From: Methanobacteriota archaeon
GTDB taxonomy: Archaea > Methanobacteriota > Methanobacteria > Methanobacteriales > Methanobacteriaceae
NCBI GenBank assembly: GCA_963787255.1
Contig: CAWBCJ010000025.1
Coordinates: forward strand, 288,001 to 352,000
Direction: 5' to 3'
Length of the DNA: 64,000 nucleotides
The position numbers and the translations under genes were made by a program. Under the pieces are notes generated by a model. The model worked only from the letters and a program-made list of their open reading frames with translations, did not search any database and was not told the origin of the DNA. Shown here piece by piece: positions 21,653 to 33,179 of the stretch. How positions within the stretch are numbered: the first letter of the stretch is position 1; each line of letters opens with the position of its first letter.

Positions 21653-22222
21653 TTATTCCGTTAGCCCCTTATAATCGCTTTCACCTATTACATAAAGATA
21701 AATTCTATCTTTATTATTAACTTTAACCGGTTTCCAGCCTTCAAAAGTCCATACATATGAAACAACCGGAGTTCCTAGTTTTAATTCATTTAAAAGTTTT
21801 GTTTTAAGTTTTTGATTTGCATTATGTCCTAGAAAAAGCGTCACTGCTGTTGCTTTACTTATATCTTCCTTAAAAATATTTCCCCATATAATTTTAGAAC
21901 CTTTTTGTCTTGAAAAAAATAGAAATAATCTTGACCATAAAACTCTTATAGGGTCTGCTTCTATTCCTACAGCACGTGCATTATATTCTTTAGATGCTTC
22001 CATAACTATTCTACCGTCTCCAGAGCCCAGATCATATAAAGTATCCTTAGAGTCGATTTCGGCCATTTCAAGCATTTTTCTAACCAATTTCTTTGAAGTA
22101 GGTTCAAAACCAGCCCCTATTACTGCAGACCACATTATCCAAACTACAACAGCGCTAATAATAAAAATACTGATAAATACAGCTGTTACTATTGATATCA
22201 AGGTTTTAGTCATCTCCTTCAA
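21653..22222 (-). CDS. SAM-dependent methyltransferase with N-terminal TM
   Basis: YDLGSGDGR motif I. Confidence 0.88.
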   Translation of the reverse strand: MKEMTKTLISIVTAVFISIFIISAVVVWIMWSAVIGAGFEPTSKKLVRKMLEMAEIDSKDTLYDLGSGDGRIVMEASKEYNARAVGIEADPIRVLWSRLFLFFSRQKGSKIIWGNIFKEDISKATAVTLFLGHNANQKLKTKLLNELKLGTPVVSYVWTFEGWKPVKVNNKDRIYLYVIGESDYKGLTE

Positions 22223-22472
22223 ATTTTAATTAGCTAATTAAAATTTAAATAATTGTTATTAATATTTATAATGATTTACATATATTATTTTTGAATTTCA
22301 ATGATAATCAATCATTCTGGTTAATTAACTTCTAATCTTATTATTTTTATCCATTAAAAAGTATTTATCAGTTGTTAGGATAAATATATGATTATATAAG
22401 TTAATTATATGTAATTTTTTTAAAATGTATTTCAATTAATTTATCTTTTATGAAATTTATCCTGTGATTAAA

Positions 22473-23828
22473 ATGGTTTCAGATCCTCAAAAAAATTATG
22501 CATTAATTGTAGCTGTTATAGCTTCATTTATAACTCCATTTGTAGGTTCTTCTATTAACGTGGCCTTACCAGCAATTGCTGCAGAATTTCAAATTAATGC
22601 AATATTATTAAGCTGGATTCCAACATCATACTTACTGGCTTTAGCTGTATTCCTCGTTCCTTTTGGTAGAATTGCAGATATATGGGGTAGAAAAAGAATA
22701 TTTACCTATGGAATAATAATATTTACTATTGCCTCATTTATATCCGTATTTTCGATTTCTGGAGAGATGCTAATAATTTTAAGAATTTTCCAGGGTCTTG
22801 GAAGTGCCATGATTTTTGGAAACCTTTTTGCAATAATAGCATCTGTTTTTCCAGCAAATGAAAGAGGTAGAGCTCTTGGAATAACTTTAATTGGCGTTTT
22901 TTTAGGTCTTTTTTTAGGCCCAGTATTAGGAGGTATTTTAACACAGAATTTTGGGTGGAGAAGCATTTTTTTATTTAACGTACCCATTGGAATAATTTCA
23001 ATAATCGCTCTAATGAGACTCAAAGGTGAATGGGCAGAATGCAAAGGGGAAAAATTCGATATAATTGGATCAATAATTTTAGGAATAACTTTAATCACCC
23101 TAATGTATGGATTTTCCCTACTTCCAGATATAAATGGAATTCTTTTAATTCCCGCAGGTTTATTTGGCCTAATTATATTTGTTATTGTAGAAAGAAAAAT
23201 AGAAAGCCCTGTTTTAGATGTGAATATATTTAAAAACAAGTCTTTCACCTCAAATAACATTGCAGCATTTATTAATTACAGCTCAGGAATTTCAATAGTT
23301 TTTCTTCTAAGTCTTTATTTGCAGTATATTAAAGGATTAAATCCCCAAAGTGCAGGATTAATTCTTGCAGTTCAACCTATATGCATGACAATCTTTTCAC
23401 CATTTGCAGGTAATCTATCAGATAAAGTAGAGCCAAGAAAAATTGCATCTGTTGGAATGGTATTTACTGCAGTTGGTTTATTGGTTTTTACTTTTATTAA
23501 TGAGACAACAAGCACATGGATCATCGCAGCAGGGCTTATTTTTATTGGAATTGGTTTTGCTCTCTTTTCATCTCCTAATACCAATGCTGTAATTAGTTCC
23601 ATTGAAGAAAAATATTACGGAGTGGCCTCTGCTACTTTAACTACAGTTCGTGTTATGGGCCAGATGTTTGGAATGGGAATTACCATGCTGGTGCTGGCTG
23701 TAATATTAGGGAATGCAGATATTACTAGCAGTAACTACAGCATGTTTTTAGAAAGTTCGCAGATTTCATTTGGCATATTTACAGCTTTAAGTTTTATGGG
23801 AGCATTTTTATCCTTGATAAAGAACTAA
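22473..23828 (+). CDS. MFS drug-efflux-type transporter (DHA2-like)
   Basis: GRIADIWGRK motif A; LGPVLGGILT motif C. Confidence 0.92.
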   Translation: MVSDPQKNYALIVAVIASFITPFVGSSINVALPAIAAEFQINAILLSWIPTSYLLALAVFLVPFGRIADIWGRKRIFTYGIIIFTIASFISVFSISGEMLIILRIFQGLGSAMIFGNLFAIIASVFPANERGRALGITLIGVFLGLFLGPVLGGILTQNFGWRSIFLFNVPIGIISIIALMRLKGEWAECKGEKFDIIGSIILGITLITLMYGFSLLPDINGILLIPAGLFGLIIFVIVERKIESPVLDVNIFKNKSFTSNNIAAFINYSSGISIVFLLSLYLQYIKGLNPQSAGLILAVQPICMTIFSPFAGNLSDKVEPRKIASVGMVFTAVGLLVFTFINETTSTWIIAAGLIFIGIGFALFSSPNTNAVISSIEEKYYGVASATLTTVRVMGQMFGMGITMLVLAVILGNADITSSNYSMFLESSQISFGIFTALSFMGAFLSLIKN

Positions 23829-23897
23829 TAAAAGTATTTAATCAGTCATAAAACTATAATGTATTATTATATTTAATGTTGCTATAAAACAATAATA

Positions 23898-24509
23898 ATG
23901 AAAAATAAGCACAAAGAAATCATCAGAAAAATGGTATGGGATTCATTAACTGATAATAATTTGTCTTTATCTCCCAAACCAGCTCATGGTCGAATACCAA
24001 ACTTTAAAGGCTCAACTGCAGCAGCTAAATTACTTAAAACCACTGAAGAGTGGAAAAAGTCTAAAGTAATTTTTTCAAGTCCTGATTCTACGCTGAAAAA
24101 AGTACGTGAATATGCTTTAAAGGATAAAAAGGTTTTAATAATGGCATCACCAAAGTTAAAAAAAGGATATCTTTTAATTAATCCTATTGACACTTTAAAG
24201 ATGGAAAAAACAGCCTCTACTATTGATGGGGCTTTTAAATTTGGAAAACCTGTTAAGAATTTTCCCAAAGTTGATATGGTAGTAGAAGGCTCTGTAGCTG
24301 TTGATTTAAATGGTAATAGGCTAGGGAAAGGCGGAGGATATGGAGATATGGAAATATCTCATCTTTATCACCAAAAAGCAATAGATAATAAAACATCTAT
24401 AGTAACAACTGTTCATGAAATGCAGATTATAGATAAAGTCCCTACTGAAGATCATGATGAAAAAATAGATATGATCGTGACACCTACACGCGTAATTAAG
24501 GTAAATTAA
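23898..24509 (+). CDS. 5-formyltetrahydrofolate cyclo-ligase-like protein (COG0212 type)
   Basis: GRIPNFKG, GSVAVD..GNRLGKGGGYGD and IVTP motifs. Confidence 0.88.
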   Translation: MKNKHKEIIRKMVWDSLTDNNLSLSPKPAHGRIPNFKGSTAAAKLLKTTEEWKKSKVIFSSPDSTLKKVREYALKDKKVLIMASPKLKKGYLLINPIDTLKMEKTASTIDGAFKFGKPVKNFPKVDMVVEGSVAVDLNGNRLGKGGGYGDMEISHLYHQKAIDNKTSIVTTVHEMQIIDKVPTEDHDEKIDMIVTPTRVIKVN

Positions 24510-24728
24510 CGTGCATTATACTATTAGGGGATGTGGTCTTATTAATTTTATACTATATTTCCATTTAGTTTCAACATTTTTTTTTATGTTGAATATTGCA
24601 TTAAAATTTGCTTTTACTCGTTACTATGGTTATTGTAATTGCATTTAAGGCTATATTATTGCTTCTTTGAATATTAAAGAAGCTAAAATTACTTTGAAGT
24701 ATAAAAATTAATATTTATTCGTTTTTTT

Positions 24729-24941
24729 TTAGAAATTATTTTCTTTAATTTTCTTTATTTCATCTATCCACTGTTCGCTTTTTTTTAGATTTTCTTTAAT
24801 TGATTTTAAATCGTTAAAAAATTCATCAAAACTTTCTGCAGATATGACTATAACTACTTCGCCTTTATCAAATAGTGAATGATTCTTAAGCGTTACTCCT
24901 TCAGGGCCTACAAATCCAACTGTTGTCTTTAAATTGTTCAT
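24729..24941 (-). CDS. Small hypothetical protein
   Basis: AGGAGA SD; follows the ferritin-like gene. Confidence 0.65.
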   Translation of the reverse strand: MNNLKTTVGFVGPEGVTLKNHSLFDKGEVVIVISAESFDEFFNDLKSIKENLKKSEQWIDEIKKIKENNF

Positions 24942-24969
24942 TTAATTCTCCTTTTATCTCAAATATGAA

Positions 24970-25383
24970 TTAGAGGCTTTCCAGTTTTTCAAGCCTCATT
25001 TTAAATTCTTTTCTGTGCCTTTTTTCCTCATCAAGAATATGTTTTAAGACTCCTACAACTTCTTCGTCATCAATTGACTCAATATGCTGCTTGTAGAGAT
25101 TTATTCCTTCAGATTCAAGTTTTATCTGCATTTCTAATTGAGATTTTAGGTCATCACCGCCAAAATCAAGTTCCTTGTGTTCCATGGTTGGTTTCCCGCC
25201 TCTTTTAACAATAAGTTCAGCCAGCCACCACATGTGACGCATTTCATCCACTGAAATAGCCTCAGTCACCCTGCTTGGGTCACAAGGTTCCATTATAAAT
25301 GAATTTCGGGTGTAAACCATGGTTGCTTCAAGTTCCCTTACAAAATGATGGTTCAATATTTTTAATAGTTCATCATTTTCCAT
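24970..25383 (-). CDS. Ferritin-like (bacterioferritin/rubrerythrin-like) diiron protein
   Basis: E..A...Y, DEMRH, LESEG...Y and EEKRH diiron motifs. Confidence 0.88.
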   Translation of the reverse strand: MENDELLKILNHHFVRELEATMVYTRNSFIMEPCDPSRVTEAISVDEMRHMWWLAELIVKRGGKPTMEHKELDFGGDDLKSQLEMQIKLESEGINLYKQHIESIDDEEVVGVLKHILDEEKRHRKEFKMRLEKLESL

Positions 25384-25518
25384 TACAAGCCCCCCTATTA
25401 TTACTGAATTATATATATTGCTATACATTTTAAACATTTTTATATTTAATGCGCAATAACTAGAAAGTCCTCTAAAAGCAGCGAAAATGCATATGTTTAA
25501 AAATAAATGCCCTATATC

Positions 25519-25917
25519 TTATTCTCCTATTACAGTAACTTCTATTTTCCTTAACCTGCCTGATGTATCTGCTTCTATAAAAAATAGATCCTGCCAGGTC
25601 CCTCTTATTACTCTACCATTCCTAATAGGTAATGTTTTATCTGGTGCGAGTAGCATTGATCTTAAATGTGAATGGGCATTTTCACCATGCAGCCATCCTT
25701 CCTTAGGCGTTATATTATCCAAGAGTTTTTCAATATCTTTTCTTAAATTACTTTCAAGTTCAGTTAAAGCAAACACAGCAGTTGCATGTGGTGCGAAAAC
25801 ATGGACAATGCCATTTTTAATACCAGATTCCTGGACTACACTTTCAACTTTATGGGTTAAATCAATTATATCTCCAGGATTATCGGTTTCTATATGTATT
25901 GTTTTTGTAAATATCAT
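25519..25917 (-). CDS. YjbQ-family protein
   Basis: PHATA, NAHSHLRS and GTWQ motifs. Confidence 0.9.
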   Translation of the reverse strand: MIFTKTIHIETDNPGDIIDLTHKVESVVQESGIKNGIVHVFAPHATAVFALTELESNLRKDIEKLLDNITPKEGWLHGENAHSHLRSMLLAPDKTLPIRNGRVIRGTWQDLFFIEADTSGRLRKIEVTVIGE

Positions 25918-26040
25918 ATTATAACACCTCTAAAAGGACTAAATAGTCTATTTTTCATATAACTCACATACTATTAAAATGGCACATTTAATAAAACTAG
26001 ATCTGTTTAAAATAATATTTTAGTTTTTCTAACCTTCTTT

Positions 26041-26225
26041 GAAGATTTTTTCAAAATGATGCAAAAATTTCACACACCATAACTGAATAAAAATGATCTG
26101 GAATAGGTCTTGCAATCACTAAAAAAAAATAATTGAAAAAGCATGGTGGAAGAGTTTAGGGTTGAATCAAAACCCTGTTTTGAATCAACTTTTCTATTTC
26201 ACTTTGCCAATTCTTTCAAATTAGT
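26041..26225 (+). pseudogene. Remnant of a histidine kinase HATPase_c C-terminus
   Basis: Across frames reads SGIGLAITKK.IEKHGGRV*VESKP...STFYFTLP. Confidence 0.75.
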
Positions 26226-26245
26226 GAATTTGTGTCAAATTTTAA

Positions 26246-26971
26246 TTATTTATAGTCTAGATTGCCTCCAGTATAATATTTTTGAAGTTCTGATGCATGT
26301 TGTAACTCAAAATTCCTGTAAGGATCATATATATAAGGGAATATCATACCATAGGCTGTATACACATATGCTGGTATTATACCATATTCTTTTCTTAATA
26401 TATGGAAAAATAGTGGAAACCCACAACCTGGATTAATTATAGGACTTCCTCCTCGTGCTGTTCCATGCCAAACCATAGGAATAGGGCCTTTTTGTCCATG
26501 TTCACTTGCAAGTTCATAAACATGTTCCATTGCCTCATCATAAGTATCAAATACTTTTCCATCAGACTTAAATTTATACCTGCTATCTGGAATACCAAAT
26601 ATTGCTACTTTAATAGAATCTATCCAATTAATTTCAGTTGTTGCACCCTCTCCTTGAGTATCTATAAACGCGAGCTCTATTATATATGCATTCCCATCAT
26701 TGTAATTAACTCCCTCATCGTTTTCAGTTTCTTTATAGCTTCGATAGTTAGAACTCCCTGCAAAATGCACAACAAGCACACACTTTGAGTCTCTTTCTTC
26801 AGCATATTTTGCTAAAAGTTCAGAATGGGGATGACCAGGATACATATCTGGATTAGCAAATTTAACAAATCCTAATCTTCCTAAAGGTTCTATAGGACCA
26901 CTAGAAACTGTTATGTAAGAATAACCTATAATAATTGATACAATGGCCACTATGACCAATATCCATTTCAT
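26246..26971 (-). CDS. Hypothetical exported or membrane-anchored protein
   Basis: Hydrophobic N-terminus; AGGAGA upstream. Confidence 0.8.
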   Translation of the reverse strand: MKWILVIVAIVSIIIGYSYITVSSGPIEPLGRLGFVKFANPDMYPGHPHSELLAKYAEERDSKCVLVVHFAGSSNYRSYKETENDEGVNYNDGNAYIIELAFIDTQGEGATTEINWIDSIKVAIFGIPDSRYKFKSDGKVFDTYDEAMEHVYELASEHGQKGPIPMVWHGTARGGSPIINPGCGFPLFFHILRKEYGIIPAYVYTAYGMIFPYIYDPYRNFELQHASELQKYYTGGNLDYK

Positions 26972-27034
26972 ATTATTTTCATCTCCTTAATTAAATCTTA
27001 AGTTTAAACTATGGTAAATATAATAATTTTCTTT

Positions 27035-29023
27035 TTAGTAAACTAAACTAAGTAATCTGTAAGCTATTCCCCCAGCAATGATTGCTGTTGCAAAATTGGC
27101 AAATGTAATCATTCCAGCAGATTTCCACCCGAATTCCCTTGCAAGAACGGCAATTGTAGAAGCACAAGGCAAATATAGCATTGCTACCAGTGCAAGTACA
27201 ATAAACTGTGTAGGTGTGAGCACTAATGCCAGGTTGGTACCGAAAAAGGCTACAAGCATTAAAAGTATGAATTCTTTTCTAATAGCACCAAATATAAGAA
27301 GAACACCCGCTACTGCTGGAAGTCCAAGCCACCACACTGTTAAGGGAGTTAAAAAATTGCTTATAGGTGTTAAAATACCAAGTACATAAAGCGCCTGTAC
27401 AAATGCTGTTCCAAATATATAAATAGGCAGTACGAGATATAATAAAGATTTAGTTCTAACCCAAGTTTGTTTAGCAATTACTGTTAATGTAGGCACCTTA
27501 AATGAGTGCATTTCCATTATTAAACCTGTAGATTCTCCAGGAACTAATTTTAATGCAATTCTACCCAATATAAATATCAATAAAAGATCAATTACATAAA
27601 GCGCCAACGCCCACCATACATTAACAAAAACCGCCACAAGGCCAAGTATCACAATAGTTCTGGCTGCACATGGCGCAAATGTGATAGCAAATGAAGCAAG
27701 TAAACGTTCTCTACGCGTTTCAAGGATCCTTGTACTATCAATTGCAGGTACATTACATCCATATCCTAATATCAGCGGTATCAATGCTTTTCCGTGCAAA
27801 CCTATTTTATGCATTGCACTATCCATCATAAAAGCTACCCTAGTTAAGATTCCTGAATTTTCAATTGCACTGAGCATAAGGTAAAAAGGGATCACAAAAG
27901 GTATAATCAGAGTTATTCCAGCAACTAAACCACCTACAGCACCATTCCATATTATGCTAACCAATGGTCCACTAACTTGTGGATCAACTGGCTGAAAAAA
28001 GCTGAACGCTTCAGTTAGAAGACCCGAAAAGAAATTACCAACTACAAATGTCCATAAAAGTAAACCACCTACCACCATAACAGCAACAACATATCCAAAA
28101 TATCTATCTGTGGCTAATCTATCCAGTTTTTCTGATAACGAAATCTTTATTTCACTTTGAACCTGTGCTCCAGCTGCTATCATGTTTGCCAGTGCATATC
28201 TTTCAGATGCAATAACAGAAAAGGAAGGTTCATTATGTATTTCTTCAATTTCACGTGCCAATTGAAATGATTTTTGTACAACTTCCGGAGATTTCTCTTC
28301 CACCATTTTTTTTATTTCCGGATCGTTTTCTAAGAGTTTTATGGCAATCCATCGGGAAGGATATCCTAAATTAAGATTTTTTGAATTAATTAGTTTTGAA
28401 AGATTATCAACTCTATTTTCAACTTCTGCACCATATTCAATTTGATTTTTCTTAATATTTTTTATCTTTTCCTCGTAATTTATTACGGTATCCATTAATT
28501 CGCGTAATCCTTCGCCCCTAACAGCTATTGTAGACACAACAGGAACTCCAAGTGCTGCTTGAAGTTTTTCAATATCAATAATAATTCCTTTTTGCTTTGC
28601 AATGTCAATCTGGTTTATGCAGACCAATAATGGAACTTCCATTTCAAGAAGCTGCATGGTGAAAAAAAGATTTCTTTCTAATACAGCAGCGTCAACAACG
28701 TTAATAACAACATCTGGGTTTTCAAAGGCAATATATTCTCTTGAAACAATTTCTTCCATGGAGAATGTTGAAAATGAATAAATACCAGGTAAATCAACAA
28801 CGTTGATTTCGTGGCCTTCAAAATTGAGTTTTCCTTCAGCCCTTTCAATGGTTTTACCTGGCCAGTTTCCAACAATTTGATTGGAACCGGTTATTTCGTT
28901 AAAAATAACACTTTTACCAACGTTTGCATTTCCTGCAAGTGCAATGGTTAATTTTTTTGAATTTTTATCTACCTGTGAAGATTTAAAGGGATTTTTTCTT
29001 CCTAATATGTCCAATATCAGCAC
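27035..29023 (-). CDS. feoB: Ferrous iron transporter FeoB
   Basis: [20 protein letters not shown] and GYGCNVPA motifs. Confidence 0.95.
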   Translation of the reverse strand: MLILDILGRKNPFKSSQVDKNSKKLTIALAGNANVGKSVIFNEITGSNQIVGNWPGKTIERAEGKLNFEGHEINVVDLPGIYSFSTFSMEEIVSREYIAFENPDVVINVVDAAVLERNLFFTMQLLEMEVPLLVCINQIDIAKQKGIIIDIEKLQAALGVPVVSTIAVRGEGLRELMDTVINYEEKIKNIKKNQIEYGAEVENRVDNLSKLINSKNLNLGYPSRWIAIKLLENDPEIKKMVEEKSPEVVQKSFQLAREIEEIHNEPSFSVIASERYALANMIAAGAQVQSEIKISLSEKLDRLATDRYFGYVVAVMVVGGLLLWTFVVGNFFSGLLTEAFSFFQPVDPQVSGPLVSIIWNGAVGGLVAGITLIIPFVIPFYLMLSAIENSGILTRVAFMMDSAMHKIGLHGKALIPLILGYGCNVPAIDSTRILETRRERLLASFAITFAPCAARTIVILGLVAVFVNVWWALALYVIDLLLIFILGRIALKLVPGESTGLIMEMHSFKVPTLTVIAKQTWVRTKSLLYLVLPIYIFGTAFVQALYVLGILTPISNFLTPLTVWWLGLPAVAGVLLIFGAIRKEFILLMLVAFFGTNLALVLTPTQFIVLALVAMLYLPCASTIAVLAREFGWKSAGMITFANFATAIIAGGIAYRLLSLVY

Positions 29024-29752
29024 CCCGCCTCTTCACAGGCTTCAACAAATACATTTGATGCTATATCATGCCCTATTGCCAGTTTAGATCCTCTAACTGC
29101 AACTTCAACTGGCCCGCCGAGTGGAGCAACTTTTATAACGCTTACTATTGCCCCTATAGTGATTCCCATGTCTAATAGTCTTCTAATTACGTTATAATCT
29201 CCTCTTATAAAACTTACTTTGGCATTATTCTCTTCTTTAAGGTCGAGTATGGAAATAAGGTTTTGATTACGTTTTCCTACTTCTTCGATGTCGTCTTCTT
29301 TTCTTTGTAAGCACTCTTCACAGCTGGTAAATTTTAAATCGCATTCTGGGTATAATGCTTTCTCCTGGACATGTATCAGGATGTTCTAAAAGGTGGCATA
29401 GAGCTCTTTCGGCATCGTCAGATAGTGAATGTTCCATGTCACATGCTTGTTTGTGGATTTTTTCCTTTCTAATTTTTAAAACATCGCAGAGAAATCTTTC
29501 AAGCAATCGGTGTTTTCGAGTGATTTTTTTTGCTATTTTTAGACCATCTTTAGTTAATATTGCACCTTTATATGGTGAGTATTGTACATAACCTTTTTTT
29601 GATAATTTTTTTAGCATCTGAGTGGCACTGGCCGGTGCGATTTTTAATTTTTCTGAAATTTGTGATGTGGAGACCATTTCTCCATTGGGACTGAGTTTAT
29701 ATAGGATTTCGAGGTATTCTTCAACGTTTTCACTTAGATTTTTTTCGGACAT
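29017..29752 (-). CDS. DtxR/MntR-family metalloregulator fused to a FeoA domain; one +1 frameshift near 29349
   Basis: [15 protein letters not shown] and CDMEH motifs; removing one C restores [15 protein letters not shown]...RRLLDMGIT...[19 protein letters not shown] to stop 29017. Confidence 0.88.
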
Positions 29753-29766
29753 TTAGGTTCACCTAA
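29753..29766. promoter_or_regulatory. DtxR/IdeR-type operator overlapping the SD
   Basis: Palindromic TTAGG-TTCA-CCTAA immediately before the regulator ATG. Confidence 0.65.
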
Positions 29767-29810
29767 TATTTCATTAGTTATATTTAACTTCATATTGTAT
29801 GTATATATAT

Positions 29811-29829
29811 TTTTTGGTATGCCTAAAAA
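29811..29829. promoter_or_regulatory. Second DtxR-type operator
   Basis: TTTTTGG-TATG-CCTAAAAA beside a TATA-like run. Confidence 0.6.
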
Positions 29830-29934
29830 TTTATTTAAGAATTACAGATAAATTAAAATAATAAATATAATAAAAATAGTAATACAATGATATTTTTTTT
29901 AATATCATTTGATAGAAAAAGTAGGAGGGGCATC

Positions 29935-30168
29935 ATGAAAATAGCAGACGAATTAAAAGGTAAAGAAGTTTTAAACGAAGAAGGAGATAAAATTGGAGAA
30001 ATAAGCGATGTAGATTGGAATCCAAATACAAACATGGTTGAAACTATAATCATAACCGAAGGAGGAACTTCAGCAAAAATCGGAATAGGCAAAAAAAGAG
30101 AAATATCATTCAATAATATTAAAACAATTGGAGAAAAAGTTCTTCTAAAAGACAAAGGAATGATGTAA
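29935..30168 (+). CDS. PRC-barrel domain protein
   Basis: ELKGKEVLNEEGDKIGEISDV...IGEKVLL; AGGAGG SD. Confidence 0.9.
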   Translation: MKIADELKGKEVLNEEGDKIGEISDVDWNPNTNMVETIIITEGGTSAKIGIGKKREISFNNIKTIGEKVLLKDKGMM

Positions 30169-30471
30169 AACATTTTTAATAATTTCTTTCTCTTTTTTTA
30201 TACTTAAAATGACTAAATTTATATTTCAAATCCACATTAACTTATTTTCAAAGAAATATTTCTTAATTTTCCGAAATAAATATAAATAAGCTAAAGAAAA
30301 TTTTAGTTTATATAAAATTTCTATGTTTGATAATAAAAAAAATCATGTCTTATATATTTAAAGCATTCACACTAATATCAACCTTAAAAACTCCTAATAA
30401 CTAATTAAATAAACCATAGAAATAAAAAAAACTAAGATATAATATAAAAAATCTCTAAGGTGTATAATAAT

Positions 30472-30945
30472 ATGAACAGAATAGATATTAGAGCAACAAT
30501 ACTAATAAGCGTTATATTAGGTGTTATACTACTATCTATCCTTGGAATAAGCGGAATATTTTCTTTAATCATTTTAGGATTTGTAGCAACATATTTAACA
30601 GTTCCAAACCAGAGAAGCTATAAAGTTGGGGGAATAGCCGGAATCATTCTTGGATTTTTAATTTTTATTTACGGTTTGTTTATTTCACCCACCCTACCCG
30701 TAGATCCACCCAGTTTATCAGGATTAATTATGATTAACCTAGAATTAAGCGGTATTTTCACATTAATTTTAGGATTAATTATATCAATTTTAGTTTGCTA
30801 TCTATTTGGATCTCTTGGAGGTTTAATTGCTCAAAAAATACTTAAAAAGAAGATAAATAAACCAAAGGGACACATTAGAAGAAGTAAAGGCAAAAAAACT
30901 AATAAAGCACCAAGAAAAACTCTAAATAAAACTTACAAAAATTAA
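30472..30945 (+). CDS. DUF5518-type membrane protein
   Basis: Four hydrophobic Gly-rich helices and a basic tail. Confidence 0.7.
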   Translation: MNRIDIRATILISVILGVILLSILGISGIFSLIILGFVATYLTVPNQRSYKVGGIAGIILGFLIFIYGLFISPTLPVDPPSLSGLIMINLELSGIFTLILGLIISILVCYLFGSLGGLIAQKILKKKINKPKGHIRRSKGKKTNKAPRKTLNKTYKN

Positions 30946-30967
30946 TAAAAATAAACGGTTATCATTC

Positions 30968-32164
30968 ATGAAAGCAATAATAGTAGGATCTGGAGCAGGT
31001 GGAGGAACTGTTGCAAAAGAACTCTCCAAAAATGGGATTTCAACAACCATAATTGAAAAAGGACCATTTACAAAAGTAAAACATGCCCATAAATATTACG
31101 ACATAATGAATGTAGGAACAGAAGTATCAAGAACTCTTTGTGTGGGCGGTACTACTCTTGTAACAGCAGGAAACGCTGTAAGAACGTGCGAAGACTTTTT
31201 TAGAAAAATTGGAATTAATTTAACTTCTGAATTTGAAGAAATTGAACAGGAACTATGTATTAATGTCCTTCCAGATACTCATTTTGGAGAAGGAACAAAA
31301 AAAATAATGAAAGCTGCAGATTATTTTGGATTTGAAATTCAGAAAATGCCCAAATTCATTAATCCTGATTTGTGTAAGCCCTGCGGTAAATGCGTATTCG
31401 GCTGCCCACAAGATGCAAAATGGACAAGTGCAGATTTTATAGAAGAAGCAGAAAGAAATGGGGCAAGAATCATAGAAAATACTCCAGTTACGGATATAAT
31501 TATTTCTAATGGAATGGTTAAAGGAGTGAAAAGCCAAGACAAGATATTTGAAGCAGATGTTGTAATTCTATCTGCAGGAGCAATTGGAACTCCTCGATTA
31601 CTTCAAAAAGCAGGAATAGATGCTGGAAATAACCTTTTTGTTGATACTTTCGTTACTGTTGGTGGAATGCTTAAAAATATTAAATTTAACAATGAAGTAG
31701 CCATGAACGCCCTCATTAAACTGGATAATATTGTTATGGCACCTCACTATTCAGAAATCCTTGTCAAAAAGCTTCAAGGATATAAAGCCCGGAAAAAAGA
31801 CATCCTTGGAATGATGATTAAAATTAAAGACGAACCTTCAGGCAAAGTAACTCTAACCGAGGTAATAAAATACAATACTGCAAATGATGTAGCACTATTA
31901 GCAGAAGGATCAGCAATTGCAGGTTCAATTTTAACTGAAGCGGGAGTAGATCCAAAAACACTGGTATCTACATATGCAAGAGGTGCACACCCCGGTGGAA
32001 CTGCTGCAATTGGCCAAGTAGTTAATAAAAACTTAGAAACAGAAATAGAAGGACTTTATGTAGCTGATGCGAGCGTATTTCCTGAAGCTCCAGGCGCACC
32101 TCCAATTCTTACCATTATAGCATTAGCAAAAAGACTTTCAAAGCACCTTTTTGAAGAAAAATAA
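30968..32164 (+). CDS. GMC-family FAD oxidoreductase with Cys cluster
   Basis: [23 protein letters not shown] and VADASVFP motifs. Confidence 0.9.
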   Translation: MKAIIVGSGAGGGTVAKELSKNGISTTIIEKGPFTKVKHAHKYYDIMNVGTEVSRTLCVGGTTLVTAGNAVRTCEDFFRKIGINLTSEFEEIEQELCINVLPDTHFGEGTKKIMKAADYFGFEIQKMPKFINPDLCKPCGKCVFGCPQDAKWTSADFIEEAERNGARIIENTPVTDIIISNGMVKGVKSQDKIFEADVVILSAGAIGTPRLLQKAGIDAGNNLFVDTFVTVGGMLKNIKFNNEVAMNALIKLDNIVMAPHYSEILVKKLQGYKARKKDILGMMIKIKDEPSGKVTLTEVIKYNTANDVALLAEGSAIAGSILTEAGVDPKTLVSTYARGAHPGGTAAIGQVVNKNLETEIEGLYVADASVFPEAPGAPPILTIIALAKRLSKHLFEEK

Positions 32165-32228
32165 AAATACAAGAATATTATTCAACTCCGTAAAACTAAT
32201 TTTATGGTGATTAAAAAAATGCCTTTGG

Positions 32229-32280
32229 TTAAAATAGATAAGATAAATTCTTAATCTCTAGGCTGATTTTTACTCATAAC
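32229..32280 (+). repeat. 52-bp direct repeat, left copy
   Basis: 47/52 identical to 36371-36422. Confidence 0.85.
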
Positions 32281-32322
32281 ATATTCAATTAAAGTATTAA
32301 AAAAAAAATGGCCTCTTCATTT

Positions 32323-33144
32323 TTATTTTATACCGAGAACATCTTCCATATCACTTATTTTTCCTTCAGGAGCTCCAACAACATATCTTACTGCTTTAAT
32401 TATCCCCGTTACAAATGCCTGTCTGCTATGCGCTCTGTGGACAATTTCAATTCGCTCTCCTTCGCCTGCAAAAAGTACAGTATGATCTCCAACGATATCC
32501 CCACCACGAACTGCATGCATTCCTATTTCTCCTTCCGTTCGTGCACCTACAATTCCCTGCCTACCATAGACACAAGTTTCATCTTTATTTCTTCCAAGTG
32601 CCTCAGCTATGATTTCATAAGCTTTAACAGCAGTTCCTGAAGGTGCATCCACTTTATGTTTATGATGAGCTTCTATTATCTCAATATCATAATCATTAAG
32701 AATCTTTGCAAGGTCTTTAATGATTTTAAAGAACACATTCATACCTACTGCCATGTTTGGAGCAATAACTGCTTTTATCTTATTTTCTTCGATTGATTCT
32801 TTTATCAAGGCCATTTGCTCGTCTGAAAATCCAGTTGTACCTACAACTACATTAACTCCACATTCTGCTGAAGTTTTGATTGTATCCACAGCTGCATTTG
32901 CTATAGTAAAATCAACAAGAACATCAGGTTTCTTTTCCTTTAAAACCTCAGCAAGCTTTTGTGCACCATTTATTGGGACACCTATTTTTCCAACACCTAT
33001 TACTTCACCTATATCTTCTCCCTCAAGAGGAGTGTTAGGTGCTCCTATAGCTGCCACAACTTCCATATCTTCCTGTTTAAGTATAGTTTTAATTATTTTA
33101 GAACTTATTCTTCCGCCTGCGCCGGTTACAGCTATTTTAATCAT
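32323..33144 (-). CDS. dapB: 4-hydroxy-tetrahydrodipicolinate reductase
   Basis: VDFT, VGTTG, APNM and EAHHKHKVDAPSGTA motifs. Confidence 0.93.
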   Translation of the reverse strand: MIKIAVTGAGGRISSKIIKTILKQEDMEVVAAIGAPNTPLEGEDIGEVIGVGKIGVPINGAQKLAEVLKEKKPDVLVDFTIANAAVDTIKTSAECGVNVVVGTTGFSDEQMALIKESIEENKIKAVIAPNMAVGMNVFFKIIKDLAKILNDYDIEIIEAHHKHKVDAPSGTAVKAYEIIAEALGRNKDETCVYGRQGIVGARTEGEIGMHAVRGGDIVGDHTVLFAGEGERIEIVHRAHSRQAFVTGIIKAVRYVVGAPEGKISDMEDVLGIK

Positions 33145-33179
33145 CTTATCAATCTCCCGTTAAAAATAAAAATAAGAAG

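Noticed and set aside
29340-29360. Programmed frameshift giving DtxR with or without FeoA
   Set aside because: No slippery heptamer; matches the window-wide +1 insertion error pattern.
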